Below are positions 19,235-28,716 of a stretch of DNA of 64,000 bases, in pieces (positions within the stretch are counted from its first letter, which is position 1; every line of letters begins with the position of its first letter). This stretch comes from Patescibacteria group bacterium (GTDB taxonomy: Bacteria > Patescibacteriota > JABMPQ01), in the NCBI GenBank assembly GCA_041749335.1, contig JBGTBM010000010.1:4533-68532 (forward strand), written 5' to 3'. The notes under the pieces are model-generated. The model ran no database searches. It had not been told where the DNA came from and saw nothing but the letters and a program-made list of their open reading frames with translations. The position numbers were made by a program, and so were the translations under genes.

Positions 19235-20290
19235 TTAATATTTTTTAACAAATAAAGTTTGTGTCGGATATGCCATTTTAATCTCCTCTTTTTCAAATAC
19301 TTCTCTAATCTGATAATTTATTTCCTGATTAATGTCCAAATATTTAGTATATTTTCCTGATAAAATCAAATATGCAACATTAAAAACCAACGAATAATCA
19401 TCAAATTTTACAAAATGAATTCTTTCAAAATTTACATCTTCTATATTAGATATTATATCTTCAATCAATTTAGGTATTTTCTTTAATTTATTGCTTGGTG
19501 TTTCGTAAGATATTCTTAACTTAAAAAAAATCCTTCTTTTTTCCATTTTACGAAAATTATACACCCTCGATTCAACAATTTCTTTATTGGAAATTATTAA
19601 TGTAACTCCCTTAAAGGTTTTTAGCCTGGTTGATCTAAGTCCTATTTTAGTAATTGTTCCGCTATCCTTGCCAACTGAAATATAATCACCTAATTCAAAC
19701 GGTTTATCAAAAAATATTGATAAGGAAGCAAATAAATCTTTTAAAACATTTTGTAGGGCAAAAGCGATAGCGATTCCACCTACCCCCAAACCAGCCATTA
19801 GCGCCGTAACATCATAGCCCAGATTTTGAACTATAATCAAAATTGCTATCACCCAAACCAAAATTTTTATTACTCTGGCAATAAAATCAATCAGGGTTTT
19901 ATCTACCTTGACACCACCTTTTTCCTTAATTGTTTTTTGAGTTACAATGTCAATTATTATTTGGATAAATTTAATTATATAGTAAATCCCCAAAGCGATA
20001 ACAATATAACTAATGACAGTAGAAAATATTTTGGGAGTTGTAATAAATTTAAAGGCGACATAAAGAGCGATTAGTATATAAATATGCCAATTAAATACTT
20101 TTGTAATATAGTCAATTAAATCATCAAATAATATTTTAGTTTTGTCTGCGATCTTAATAATTCTATTAATTGATAATGTTTTAATTATCACTAAAATACA
20201 AATAGTGATTATAAAAGATGTAAATGAATAAAAATAGTTAATAGCGCTATTTCCGTAATATATTCGATTGCTAATTTCAATAAAATCCAT
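19235..20290 (-). CDS. mechanosensitive ion channel (MscS family)
   Basis: N-terminal TM helices plus conserved MscS beta-domain (…GDYISVGKDSGTITKIGLRSTRLKTF…). Confidence 0.8.
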   Translation of the reverse strand: MDFIEISNRIYYGNSAINYFYSFTSFIITICILVIIKTLSINRIIKIADKTKILFDDLIDYITKVFNWHIYILIALYVAFKFITTPKIFSTVISYIVIALGIYYIIKFIQIIIDIVTQKTIKEKGGVKVDKTLIDFIARVIKILVWVIAILIIVQNLGYDVTALMAGLGVGGIAIAFALQNVLKDLFASLSIFFDKPFELGDYISVGKDSGTITKIGLRSTRLKTFKGVTLIISNKEIVESRVYNFRKMEKRRIFFKLRISYETPSNKLKKIPKLIEDIISNIEDVNFERIHFVKFDDYSLVFNVAYLILSGKYTKYLDINQEINYQIREVFEKEEIKMAYPTQTLFVKKY

Positions 20291-20298
20291 ATTAAATT

Positions 20299-20751
20299 TT
20301 ATTTATTTTCCAGCGCACTCTTGAAAGACTGGGGATAAATATCCTTCCTTGAAACAATACCGGCCAAAGATCCATTATCTAAAATAATAACCCGATTAAT
20401 TTTTTTGATTGTCATTATGGCGGCAATTTTGATAGATGAATCAGTCACCTTCGCGGTTATAACATCTTTTGTCATAATTTCTTTGACTTTAATATTTTCT
20501 GCTTCCTTTATCTGAGGTTTTATATCTAGATCATTTTTTTTATCTGCTCCTAACAAGTAATATTCCTGATAATTAGGATATATTTTTTTAAAGATATCTT
20601 TTTCTGAAATGACACCGACTAAATTATTTTTATTATCTACAACTGGCGCTCCGGTAATATTATTTTTCATTAAAATCATAGAAGCAGCAACGATCGATTG
20701 ATCCTGTTTTATAGTTACCACATTTTTTTGCATAAATGATTTAACGCGCAT
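20299..20751 (-). CDS. CBS-domain pair protein
   Basis: Two CBS motifs (…GAPVVDNKNNLVGVISEKDI…, …INRVIILDNGSLAGIVSRKDI…). Confidence 0.8.
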   Translation of the reverse strand: MRVKSFMQKNVVTIKQDQSIVAASMILMKNNITGAPVVDNKNNLVGVISEKDIFKKIYPNYQEYYLLGADKKNDLDIKPQIKEAENIKVKEIMTKDVITAKVTDSSIKIAAIMTIKKINRVIILDNGSLAGIVSRKDIYPQSFKSALENK

Positions 20752-20763
20752 AAATTTTATTAA

Positions 20764-21969
20764 TTATTTTAATATTTTACCATAATTAATAAAATTATCC
20801 AAATTAGTAATTTTATCTAATTCAGTAATTTCAATTTTATTAGTTTGCCCATTGCCCCGTAAAACAAATATTTGATTATCAACTATTTTGACAATTATTA
20901 AAATACTAGTAATATTTTCCCCTTCTCCTAAAAATATTAAATCTCCCGCCTTTAAATCCGATTTATTATCGACAATATAATTATTATTATGAAAAAATGT
21001 ATAAATGTTATTATAATTTAAATAAAAATATTCATCTTTGGGATCATTTTGATAAAGTTCTTCTTTTTTTTCACGATCGAATTTCATTTCATTGCCTAAA
21101 AATATTCCAGCGGCATCATAGCTTTTTAAAACTAAATCCGAGCTTGAAAGTAAGCCAAACCTGGAAATAATATTAAAATATCTATCCTCGGAAATATCGT
21201 ACCAAATCCCATCCATTTTATTCAATTCCGCCAACACATCTTCTCTATTTCCAAGACCATCATTATCAGCGTCTTCATCTTCGATATTTAATACAAAATC
21301 TCCGTCCATGTTATTATCTCTCATATTAATAATATTATCATTGTCTATATCACCATAATAGTGTAGTGAATTTTTTGGATAAAGATTGACGTTTAAACAA
21401 GTCATAAAAATAACAAATACTGAAAACAGTAAAACGCTTAGGATAATGCCTGTTGATCTAATTAATTTTTTATTAATAAATTGAAAAAACAAGAGATTTA
21501 TAAAAAACAAAATTATTAGTAATTCCACCCCATATAAAAATACATAGATATAGCTGCCATAAATGCCATTATTTAAAGCGGAAATCATTAATAATCCATA
21601 TAATTTATGGGAAAATGGATACATTAAAGGAATGCCGGCAGTAGTGGCGTCTAATAATAAATGAACACTGGGAGAAAGAAAAAACAAGAATGAAAAAGAT
21701 TTAATGAAATTATTTCGAGTAGTTAAACCGATAATATATAATAAAATTGCACCTACTAAATATAATATTGGAGAATGAGTAATTAATTCTCTGTGAGATA
21801 ATTCAGCACTAAAAAGATAAATATATAAAAAATCAATATCCGGCAGTAGTCCCAATAAGGATCCTAAAACGAGCAGCATAATATACTGTTTTTTGCTTAA
21901 TTTTTTAAACCAGACTTTTTTAGAAAAATAAGTATTAATATATCCGGCCGGGAAATGTGATATTATCAT
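20764..21969 (-). CDS. membrane-bound metal-dependent hydrolase (YdjM/DUF457-like) with dockerin/EF-hand-like Asp-rich repeats
   Basis: N-terminal HFPAGY...LPDIDF...HRELITHSP resembles DUF457. Asp-rich DIDNDNIINMRDNNMDGDF...DADNDGLGNREDV repeats follow. Confidence 0.4.
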   Translation of the reverse strand: MIISHFPAGYINTYFSKKVWFKKLSKKQYIMLLVLGSLLGLLPDIDFLYIYLFSAELSHRELITHSPILYLVGAILLYIIGLTTRNNFIKSFSFLFFLSPSVHLLLDATTAGIPLMYPFSHKLYGLLMISALNNGIYGSYIYVFLYGVELLIILFFINLLFFQFINKKLIRSTGIILSVLLFSVFVIFMTCLNVNLYPKNSLHYYGDIDNDNIINMRDNNMDGDFVLNIEDEDADNDGLGNREDVLAELNKMDGIWYDISEDRYFNIISRFGLLSSSDLVLKSYDAAGIFLGNEMKFDREKKEELYQNDPKDEYFYLNYNNIYTFFHNNNYIVDNKSDLKAGDLIFLGEGENITSILIIVKIVDNQIFVLRGNGQTNKIEITELDKITNLDNFINYGKILK

Positions 21970-22035
21970 AATAAAAAATAGTGAATAATAATTACACTAT
22001 TAGTTATTTTACACTATTAATATTTTTAATACAGG

Positions 22036-22596
22036 CTAATCCTTAAGTATTACATCAATATTTTTATGAAGATCACTTATCTCCCCGGTATTGATAATTG
22101 TATAATCTGCCATAGCGATTGGTGCGCCCGTAGCTAAATTTTCCAATTGTGCATAGTCGCGCTTCTTAACGCTATCTTCGTTAAATTTACGCTCCTTGCC
22201 TTGTTTAATCTCTGTTCTTCCCATCACTCTTCCATATCTAATTTTTGGAGGCGCAAATACGGCAATAACCTTAAAACTATCTCCATACTTCTCTTTTATC
22301 AGTTTATATTCCTCCCAGCTATATAAGCTTTCAATAACCACATTCCCCTTTGCAAATCCCTTTTCAATTTTAGGCATGCTGATTATAGCGAAAGCTGCCA
22401 TTCCATATTTTTTCCGTAAATTTTCCCTTACTCTTTTTTCATTCTCTTCATTGGTTTCCAATCCCTGCCTTTTTATTTCATCAAAAGTAGCATCGCCAAA
22501 ATATACCTTAAAATATCCTTTGTTTTCGATATGGCGTGTTGCCTCTGTTTTACCGGCGAAAGGCATTCCAACAACGGCGATAATTTTTTTATTCAT
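22036..22596 (-). CDS. P-loop nucleoside/nucleotide kinase (dephospho-CoA-kinase-like / UPF0200-like)
   Basis: Walker A VGMPFAGKT; small alpha/beta kinase size. Adjacent to dCMP deaminase. Confidence 0.4.
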   Translation of the reverse strand: MNKKIIAVVGMPFAGKTEATRHIENKGYFKVYFGDATFDEIKRQGLETNEENEKRVRENLRKKYGMAAFAIISMPKIEKGFAKGNVVIESLYSWEEYKLIKEKYGDSFKVIAVFAPPKIRYGRVMGRTEIKQGKERKFNEDSVKKRDYAQLENLATGAPIAMADYTIINTGEISDLHKNIDVILKD

Positions 22597-22599
22597 ATA

Positions 22600-23139
22600 T
22601 TATTCATTAGATAGCTTAACGCTTCCCTCTGTGGCAATCCTCTCTTCGATTTCCTCTTCGAATAATGATTTTACCATATTGTTCCATACCTTATTGTTTT
22701 TGTATAATTCAACCTTAATTCCAGCCTCTTTTAAATATTCGAGTGCTTTTTCTCCCCGATATATTTTTCCGATTACGACTCTCTTTATTCCGCACGCAAT
22801 AACATATTTCGCGCAATGAATGCAGGGATTATAAAGAGTATATAGGGTAGAACCTTGAGTGCTCATTGATCCCAATATTGCAGCTTGAAGCAATGCATTA
22901 TGTTCGGCATGGATTGTTCTAACACAATGCCCATCTTCTAATAAATGCCCCGCTTCACTATCACAATGCGGCAATCCGGGAGGAGAACCATTATATCCGG
23001 TTGAAATAGTTCTATTGTCTTTTACTAAAACGGCGCCTGCTCTTAGTCGATCGCAAGTTGATCGAGTGGCAATTATTCTCGCAATGGCCATAAAATAATC
23101 ATCCCAGTTGGGACGAAAATATTTTTCGCTTTTGCTCAT
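22600..23139 (-). CDS. comEB: deoxycytidylate (dCMP) deaminase
   Basis: Zinc ligand motifs HAEHNAL and PCIHCA. Confidence 0.85.
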   Translation of the reverse strand: MSKSEKYFRPNWDDYFMAIARIIATRSTCDRLRAGAVLVKDNRTISTGYNGSPPGLPHCDSEAGHLLEDGHCVRTIHAEHNALLQAAILGSMSTQGSTLYTLYNPCIHCAKYVIACGIKRVVIGKIYRGEKALEYLKEAGIKVELYKNNKVWNNMVKSLFEEEIEERIATEGSVKLSNE

Positions 23140-23662
23140 AATATTTTGTTTTAATTAATTTTGATATTGCAACGTAAGTAAATGATACTACCGGAATGAT
23201 AATTAGATTTCCCAATAAATTCATTTTTAAAAATGGCAGTGCCATCACATAACATTGAATTAATCCTGACCAAGTATGTGGATACATATTCCACATTGCC
23301 CAGACGCCGAAATTTGTCCAGATAAAAAAGATTAGCGATGCGCCTATTCCCAACCACGTCATTTTAAAACTAAACCGAAAATTTTTGGTGCTCCTTTTTA
23401 GCAATAACCCCAATAATCCGATTATCGCCCATGCCGACCAGGTAAAAATCATAATTGGATCATTGCCGATTAATGCATCTGAAATAGCTACTGATGACAG
23501 CGGTATTGCAATTGCGTAAAAACCTCCTAATAATGAACCGCCCAATAGCGCTGCGATTGTCAATGTTTCTATATTTGGAATATCAATCAATAACATTCTG
23601 CCAATTACTGCGAATGCTACCAATGAAGATCCGGCTATAAATTTATAAATTTTGTTTTTCAT
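23099..23662 (-). CDS. integral membrane protein, possible ECF-type substrate (S) component (CbrT-like, given B12 context)
   Basis: 5-6 TM helices and ~185 aa fit ECF S-component architecture. Sits downstream of DUF4430 genes and the candidate cobalamin riboswitch. Function is context-based. Confidence 0.3.
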   Translation of the reverse strand: MKNKIYKFIAGSSLVAFAVIGRMLLIDIPNIETLTIAALLGGSLLGGFYAIAIPLSSVAISDALIGNDPIMIFTWSAWAIIGLLGLLLKRSTKNFRFSFKMTWLGIGASLIFFIWTNFGVWAMWNMYPHTWSGLIQCYVMALPFLKMNLLGNLIIIPVVSFTYVAISKLIKTKYYEQKRKIFSSQLG

Positions 23663-23749
23663 AAAGATAATAATTTAACACACAATATAATATACCAAAT
23701 AACTAAGACTTTCATCAAGTTAAAATAAAATGGCTTAATTATTTTTCTA

Positions 23750-24217
23750 CTAAAAGGTGCTTTCTTCAAATTTAAATTCTATCCTGTCACTGCTTTTAAC
23801 TTCTTGTTTATCTGCTGACTGTATTGCCATTTCTCCATTAATATAATATAGCCAATATTTATTATCAGTTCCGGCTAAGTCGTCTCCAATGCCATCAATG
23901 GATTTTCCAAAATCATAATCTTTAGTCACCAGTCCTAATCTATTAATATCAGATGATTTTTTTAAAACATCATATGCTGTATCTCCCAGATTAATTTGAA
24001 TGGAATCCTCATACTTTTTTTCACTTCCTTTAATAACTAAAACAACCTCTTCTACTAAATTTAATTTCAAATCATCCACATTTTCAATAATATTTCCTGA
24101 TAGATCGGCTTGTTCAGTATTTTTATTTACTTCGGACTCGCTATTAGTGGTACAGGCGGTTATTGTCAGAGTAAAAGCAAAAAGTACGGCCAACATAGAT
24201 AATTTATTCTTATTCAT
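23750..24217 (-). CDS. DUF4430 (transcobalamin-like) lipoprotein
   Basis: Signal peptide plus lipobox (LTITAC). C-terminal …KYWLYYINGEMAIQSADKQEVKSSDRIEFKF matches DUF4430. Confidence 0.5.
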   Translation of the reverse strand: MNKNKLSMLAVLFAFTLTITACTTNSESEVNKNTEQADLSGNIIENVDDLKLNLVEEVVLVIKGSEKKYEDSIQINLGDTAYDVLKKSSDINRLGLVTKDYDFGKSIDGIGDDLAGTDNKYWLYYINGEMAIQSADKQEVKSSDRIEFKFEESTF

Positions 24218-24301
24218 TTTTTATAATTAATTTAATAAATATCGCATAAGCGAAAATAATTTTTTTTAAAGAAAGGCAAAATGCCTTAATTTTTAGTTGG
24301 A

Positions 24302-24673
24302 TTATCGGAGAAAAATGCCTTTCCAAACAATACGGTCGCCGGCGATTACTTGAAAATCTGATACATTTGCATAAATACGATTACCATTAACTTCGAACAC
24401 CCAATCACCCCACATGTTTTTAATCGAGTATACATAATTTGCTTTTTCTTCGCGGCCATTCAAATCAAATTTATTCCAATCATATTGGACTCCGGATAAT
24501 TCATTTAATGTAGCATTTAGGACTGTTCCGAATTGGCTTACACAGAAGCCAATTTCAACATCATAATGTTCCGTAGCGCATCCCGACGTCTTAAATAAAA
24601 GCGAAAATGGCAGTAAAAGAGCTGATATTCCAGATACTTTTAATAAAGCTCTTCGCTCTTGATCCAACTTCAT
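24302..24673 (-). CDS. DUF4430 lipoprotein; start corrected to ATG preceded by AAGGAGGTG RBS (track start at 24703 is TTG inside the riboswitch expression platform)
   Basis: …WGDWVFEVNGNRIYANVSDFQVIAGDRIVW DUF4430 motif. Lipobox FKTSGC. RBS caaggaggtgtttgATG. Confidence 0.5.
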   Translation of the reverse strand: MKLDQERRALLKVSGISALLLPFSLLFKTSGCATEHYDVEIGFCVSQFGTVLNATLNELSGVQYDWNKFDLNGREEKANYVYSIKNMWGDWVFEVNGNRIYANVSDFQVIAGDRIVWKGIFLR

Positions 24674-24698
24674 CAAACACCTCCTTGTTATTAAAAAG

Positions 24699-24905
24699 AA
24701 CAAAAAACCTTCCCTGAGGAAGGCATATTTAAATTAAATAATATCAAATTTATTTTCCCTGCTCGAGGTTATTTAACATGAGATCAGTGCTCTGACTTAT
24801 TCCAAATGGAAATTACAGTAGCGGCACTGTGGAGGATTCTTCCGCTTGGCGGAACCACCTCGCTTCCCTGATCGTCCCAATATTCATTGGGTCATGGTTT
24901 ATTTT
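24699..24905 (-). promoter_or_regulatory. candidate cobalamin (AdoCbl) riboswitch with intrinsic-terminator expression platform
   Basis: Minus-strand RNA has AGGGAA, GGTGgttCC, CCACAGTGCC and an AGTCAG..CACTG B12-box-like element. Hairpin ccttcctcagggaagg plus a T6 run lies immediately 5' of the RBS of the DUF4430 gene. Confidence 0.55.
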
Positions 24906-24966
24906 TCAAATATCATGTATAAAATATAACAACATAAAATATCTCTGTCAAATTTTTATCCCCAGC

Positions 24967-25500
24967 TTAATATTCAATTCCTTCTCTGGCGTCAATTCCC
25001 TGATCATAATAATGCTTAATTTTTTTCATATCAGTTACAATATCAGCTGCATCAATAACTTTTTTTCTGGCATTGCGGCCGGTTAAAATAATTTCTACGC
25101 CTTGATTCCGATAATTTTCAATAAACTCTAATAAAGTTTGTTCTTTGATTAAATTAAAATCTACCGCAACATTTATTTCATCTAAAATTAAAATATCGCA
25201 GTTTTTTTCTTGCATGGTTTTTTTTGCAAAATTGAAACCCTTTTTAGCTTTTTCAATGTCACTCTTTTTTAATTTTTTATTAATAATAAAGTCTTTGTTG
25301 CCAAATTGATATAGATTAAAATTTGACTTAAGCTTTTTTTGAATCATAAATTCACCCACATTTTCCCTGCCTTTCATAAATTGAATCATACATATTTTAT
25401 ATCCATGGCCAATTGCACGCATGGCTATACCGAGTGCAGAAGTTGTTTTGCCATGGCCATCTCCCGTGTTGACATGTATTTTGCCAAAATGTCTTTTCAT
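24967..25500 (-). CDS. cobO: cob(I)yrinic acid a,c-diamide / cob(I)alamin adenosyltransferase (CobO/BtuR type)
   Basis: N-terminal P-loop HVNTGDGHGKTTSALG; typical ~175 aa length. Confidence 0.8.
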   Translation of the reverse strand: MKRHFGKIHVNTGDGHGKTTSALGIAMRAIGHGYKICMIQFMKGRENVGEFMIQKKLKSNFNLYQFGNKDFIINKKLKKSDIEKAKKGFNFAKKTMQEKNCDILILDEINVAVDFNLIKEQTLLEFIENYRNQGVEIILTGRNARKKVIDAADIVTDMKKIKHYYDQGIDAREGIEY

Positions 25501-25503
25501 TGG

Positions 25504-26364
25504 TTATAATTTATTATTGCTGTCGAATAATTTAATTTTTTCTCTGATAACTTTTTTTGTAGCTTCAATTGTTGACGCCAAAATATTATATGGCTTAATT
25601 TGTCCGGGGTTATTCTTGAGATAATATTTTAATGCATTACTAAAGGCTATTCTTAATTCCGTATTAATATTAATTTTAATTATTCCGGCCTTTATTGCTT
25701 TTTCAATATCATTAATGGGAGTGCCAGATCCCCCATGCAATACAAATTTACCTGTGGGAACAGCAGATTTTATTTCAGATAATTTCTCAATATTTAAATT
25801 AGGATTTTTATTATCAGGTTCAACTCCATGGATGTTTCCAATAACTATAGCCAAATTATTTATGCCGGTTTTTTTATAAAATTCTTTTGCTTCTTCTGGT
25901 TTGGTTAAATCTGATGGCATAATCACAATTTTTTGAGAATGTATCTCTGACCCACCTCGCAGATATCCTAATTCACCTTCAATAATAATATTTTTATCTT
26001 TTCTTCTGGCGTATTTAACAACTTTTTTGGTTATTTTAATGTTTTCATTAAAATTAAGCATTGAACCATCAAAATGTATAGCGTTAAATCCAGCGTCAAC
26101 CGCCCTTTTAACGCTTTCATATGTATGGCAATGATCTGCATTTAAAATAATTGGCTGGCTGGTTTCTTTTTGCCAAGATTCTACCAAAGATGCAATTTGA
26201 TTATCTCCCAAATGATTTCTTTCGCTTTCTGAAGCGCCAATTATTATCGGAGCAGATAATTCCACCGCTACTTCAATTGCAGCGCGAAGCTGTTCGTTAG
26301 TTGATACATTAAATTGTCCGATCGCGTATTGTCCCTTTAGGGCTTTATCAAATAGTTCATTCAT
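25504..26364 (-). CDS. fba: fructose-bisphosphate aldolase class II
   Basis: VLHGGSGTP, KININTE and NADHCHTYE motifs of class II (metal-dependent) aldolases. Confidence 0.85.
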   Translation of the reverse strand: MNELFDKALKGQYAIGQFNVSTNEQLRAAIEVAVELSAPIIIGASESERNHLGDNQIASLVESWQKETSQPIILNADHCHTYESVKRAVDAGFNAIHFDGSMLNFNENIKITKKVVKYARRKDKNIIIEGELGYLRGGSEIHSQKIVIMPSDLTKPEEAKEFYKKTGINNLAIVIGNIHGVEPDNKNPNLNIEKLSEIKSAVPTGKFVLHGGSGTPINDIEKAIKAGIIKININTELRIAFSNALKYYLKNNPGQIKPYNILASTIEATKKVIREKIKLFDSNNKL

Positions 26365-26373
26365 TGGATAAAA

Positions 26374-27135
26374 TTATTTATAAGAATTATTTATTAATTT
26401 TACAAAACCTGAGGAGCTAATACTTTCTCCTCCCACCAATACTCCATCAATTTCTTCAATCTCGGTGAAACTTCTTATATTTTGCGCATTTACACTTCCG
26501 CCATATAACACTTTAATAAAATCATTTTTTAACGCTTTATACTTTTTAAGCACTGTATTTTTAATATAGATTGCTGCCTTTTTAGCATCTCGAGGACTGG
26601 CCGGTCGATTAGAACCTATCGCCCAAATAGGTTCATATGCCAAATATATGTTTTTAAACTTATTGGGACTGATATTTTTAAAAGCGGATAGGATTTGATT
26701 TTTTAAAACTTTAAGAGTCTGATTATATTTTCGCTGTTTGATAGTTTCTCCAATACAGACAATCGGCGTGATCTGATTATTAAAACAGGCAATTATTTTT
26801 TTATTAATCATATTATCGGATTCATTCAGATTCATTCTTCGTTCCGAATGCCCGATGATGGCATATTTACATCCGGCATCTTTTACCATTGGCGCAGATA
26901 TCTCTCCGGTATAGGCTCCATCATTTTCCCAAAATAAGTCTTGGCATCCTAGTTTTATTTTTATATTTAATTCGGACTTAACTGGCAGTAAATGGATAAA
27001 GCTGGGGCAAACTATAATATTAGCATGGTGATAATCATTGTTATTTAACTTAGTTTGAATTTGATTAATTAAATTATTCGATGAACTGTTTCTGAGATTC
27101 ATTTTCCAATTTCCGATTATAGTAATTTTATTCAT
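26374..27135 (-). CDS. tpiA: triosephosphate isomerase
   Basis: AYEPIWAIGSN signature, catalytic HSERR, C-terminal YGGSV. Confidence 0.85.
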   Translation of the reverse strand: MNKITIIGNWKMNLRNSSSNNLINQIQTKLNNNDYHHANIIVCPSFIHLLPVKSELNIKIKLGCQDLFWENDGAYTGEISAPMVKDAGCKYAIIGHSERRMNLNESDNMINKKIIACFNNQITPIVCIGETIKQRKYNQTLKVLKNQILSAFKNISPNKFKNIYLAYEPIWAIGSNRPASPRDAKKAAIYIKNTVLKKYKALKNDFIKVLYGGSVNAQNIRSFTEIEEIDGVLVGGESISSSGFVKLINNSYK

Positions 27136-27139
27136 ATAT

Positions 27140-27631
27140 TTATATTATTTTATATATTCCAGTAGTCAATAAAGTCACGATTATTCCGGCTATAATAATG
27201 CCCAGCAATATTAAAGGTAGCGCTTTCCTAAATGGTATTCCGAACAAATATGCCGCTAATGCTCCAGTATATCCTCCTGTTAATGGCAATGGAATAGCTA
27301 CTAAAGTTATTAATGTGATAGCGCCCCATCTTTCAAAATTTTTAGTATGCCTTTTTCTGGTTTTTTCAAATAACCAAGAAAAAAAACGATCGATTGTTTT
27401 AAATTTAATTCTTAAATATTTTGAAATTGGATCGAAAAAAATCAAAATAATAATTACAGGAATAATATTTCCAATAACGGAATATATAAGTGATTCCAGT
27501 ATTGACAATTTATAAATACCCAAAGCAATAGGAATAGATCCTCTTAATTCTACAACCGGAAGCATCGCCATTAGCAAGGTGGAAATTTGTGATGGTATAT
27601 TTTCAAATAAACCAATCAGAAATGCTGTCAT
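27140..27631 (-). CDS. small membrane protein (COG2426 small multidrug export-like)
   Basis: 4 TM helices, ~160 aa. Confidence 0.35.
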   Translation of the reverse strand: MTAFLIGLFENIPSQISTLLMAMLPVVELRGSIPIALGIYKLSILESLIYSVIGNIIPVIIILIFFDPISKYLRIKFKTIDRFFSWLFEKTRKRHTKNFERWGAITLITLVAIPLPLTGGYTGALAAYLFGIPFRKALPLILLGIIIAGIIVTLLTTGIYKII

Positions 27632-27662
27632 TTTGTTTTTTAGAAATATTTATTTTCTATAT

Positions 27663-28499
27663 TTAAAAATACCACCTTGTAGTTCCGAGTACTAACGCTA
27701 GTACAATAATGGTAACATAAATATATTTTTGAATACTGGTGCGATTAAAACGATTATTTAAATGCAATTTTATTAAACCAATTACAAAGTAGAATATTAC
27801 AAACAGCACAATACCCCTAGAAGCAAATCCAGTCGGCCAAAAAGATAATGCCCAAGTTATTTCACAAAAAACCAAAGACAATATTGGAATGTAAATAACA
27901 TTTTTACGGCTTAATATCCCCTCATTCCAAAAAAATTGGAATATTAGCAATGAGATTGATAATAAACAAGATAAAATTAAAACCCACATGGGTAGATATA
28001 AAAATATATAGATACCAAAAATACCGCTGCAAACTAGGAAGGCCGTAATTAATAAATAAATATCATTCATATTGAAAAGCTCTTTATTTTCCGAATATCT
28101 TTTTATGTTCTTGATATCTTTAATAATAAAGAAAAATATAAAGCTAGATATTAATATATAAACATGAGCGAATATTTTAGACGGAATTAAAATATAAAAA
28201 GATAACGAGCCTAGAAAATAAAGCATGGGAATTATTAACTTATTATATGTTTCAATGCTTTTAATTTTAAAATTCAGAATCCATAAAATAAAAATAAATA
28301 AAACAAGGAACTGCGTGATTGCAATCCAAAATATTAGATCTTCTAAATAAAGCATAAATTCAAGGCCAACAAGCATTATTGCAAAAGCAATTATTCTTTT
28401 AAATAATCCAACTTTTATATCATTTTTGTTTTTTATTGTTTCGTTCATAATTTTAATCTTATGTTTTAAAATTATAAAATAATATTTAAATATACGCAA
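27663..28499 (-). CDS. polytopic membrane protein, hypothetical
   Basis: Strongly hydrophobic with ~8 TM segments. Confidence 0.3.
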   Translation of the reverse strand: MRIFKYYFIILKHKIKIMNETIKNKNDIKVGLFKRIIAFAIMLVGLEFMLYLEDLIFWIAITQFLVLFIFILWILNFKIKSIETYNKLIIPMLYFLGSLSFYILIPSKIFAHVYILISSFIFFFIIKDIKNIKRYSENKELFNMNDIYLLITAFLVCSGIFGIYIFLYLPMWVLILSCLLSISLLIFQFFWNEGILSRKNVIYIPILSLVFCEITWALSFWPTGFASRGIVLFVIFYFVIGLIKLHLNNRFNRTSIQKYIYVTIIVLALVLGTTRWYF

Positions 28500-28501
28500 T
28501 T

Positions 28502-28530
28502 AAAAAACTCCCTAGCTAGGGAGTTTTTTA
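28502..28530. terminator. bidirectional rho-independent terminator
   Basis: Perfect hairpin actccctag/ctagggagt flanked by A6 and T6. Confidence 0.7.
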
Positions 28531-28537
28531 TAATTAT

Positions 28538-28681
28538 TTACTTACTTTTCCCGATTCTGAACATTTTAGTTCCGCAATCCGGGCAAATACCCTTGGTGGC
28601 CGGTCTGCCGTTTTTAAGCTTCACTTCTTCTGGATTCTTCATTTCCTTTTTTGCTTTACACTTAACACAATAAGCTTCCAT
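28538..28681 (-). CDS. unannotated 47-aa zinc-ribbon protein, DUF5679-like (MEAYCVKCKAKKEMKNPEEVKLKNGRPATKGICPDCGTKMFRIGKSK)
   Basis: ATG..TAA ORF below track cutoff. CxxC-x21-CxxC. Resembles a DUF5679 zinc-ribbon mini-protein family that I recall as common in CPR (not database-checked). Confidence 0.55.
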   Translation of the reverse strand: MEAYCVKCKAKKEMKNPEEVKLKNGRPATKGICPDCGTKMFRIGKSK

Positions 28682-28716
28682 TTTTTTGTCCTCTCTATAT
28701 TTATTTATTATATTAA

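Noticed and set aside
22196-22819. 207-aa + strand ORF
   Set aside because: It is entirely antisense to the P-loop kinase and dCMP deaminase genes. It is low-complexity and Ser/Leu/Phe-rich, as expected from reverse translation of an AT-rich coding strand.
24829-25086. 85-aa + strand ORF
   Set aside because: It overlaps the candidate riboswitch leader and the 3' end of cobO on the opposite strand. It has no RBS and a hydrophobic, low-complexity translation.
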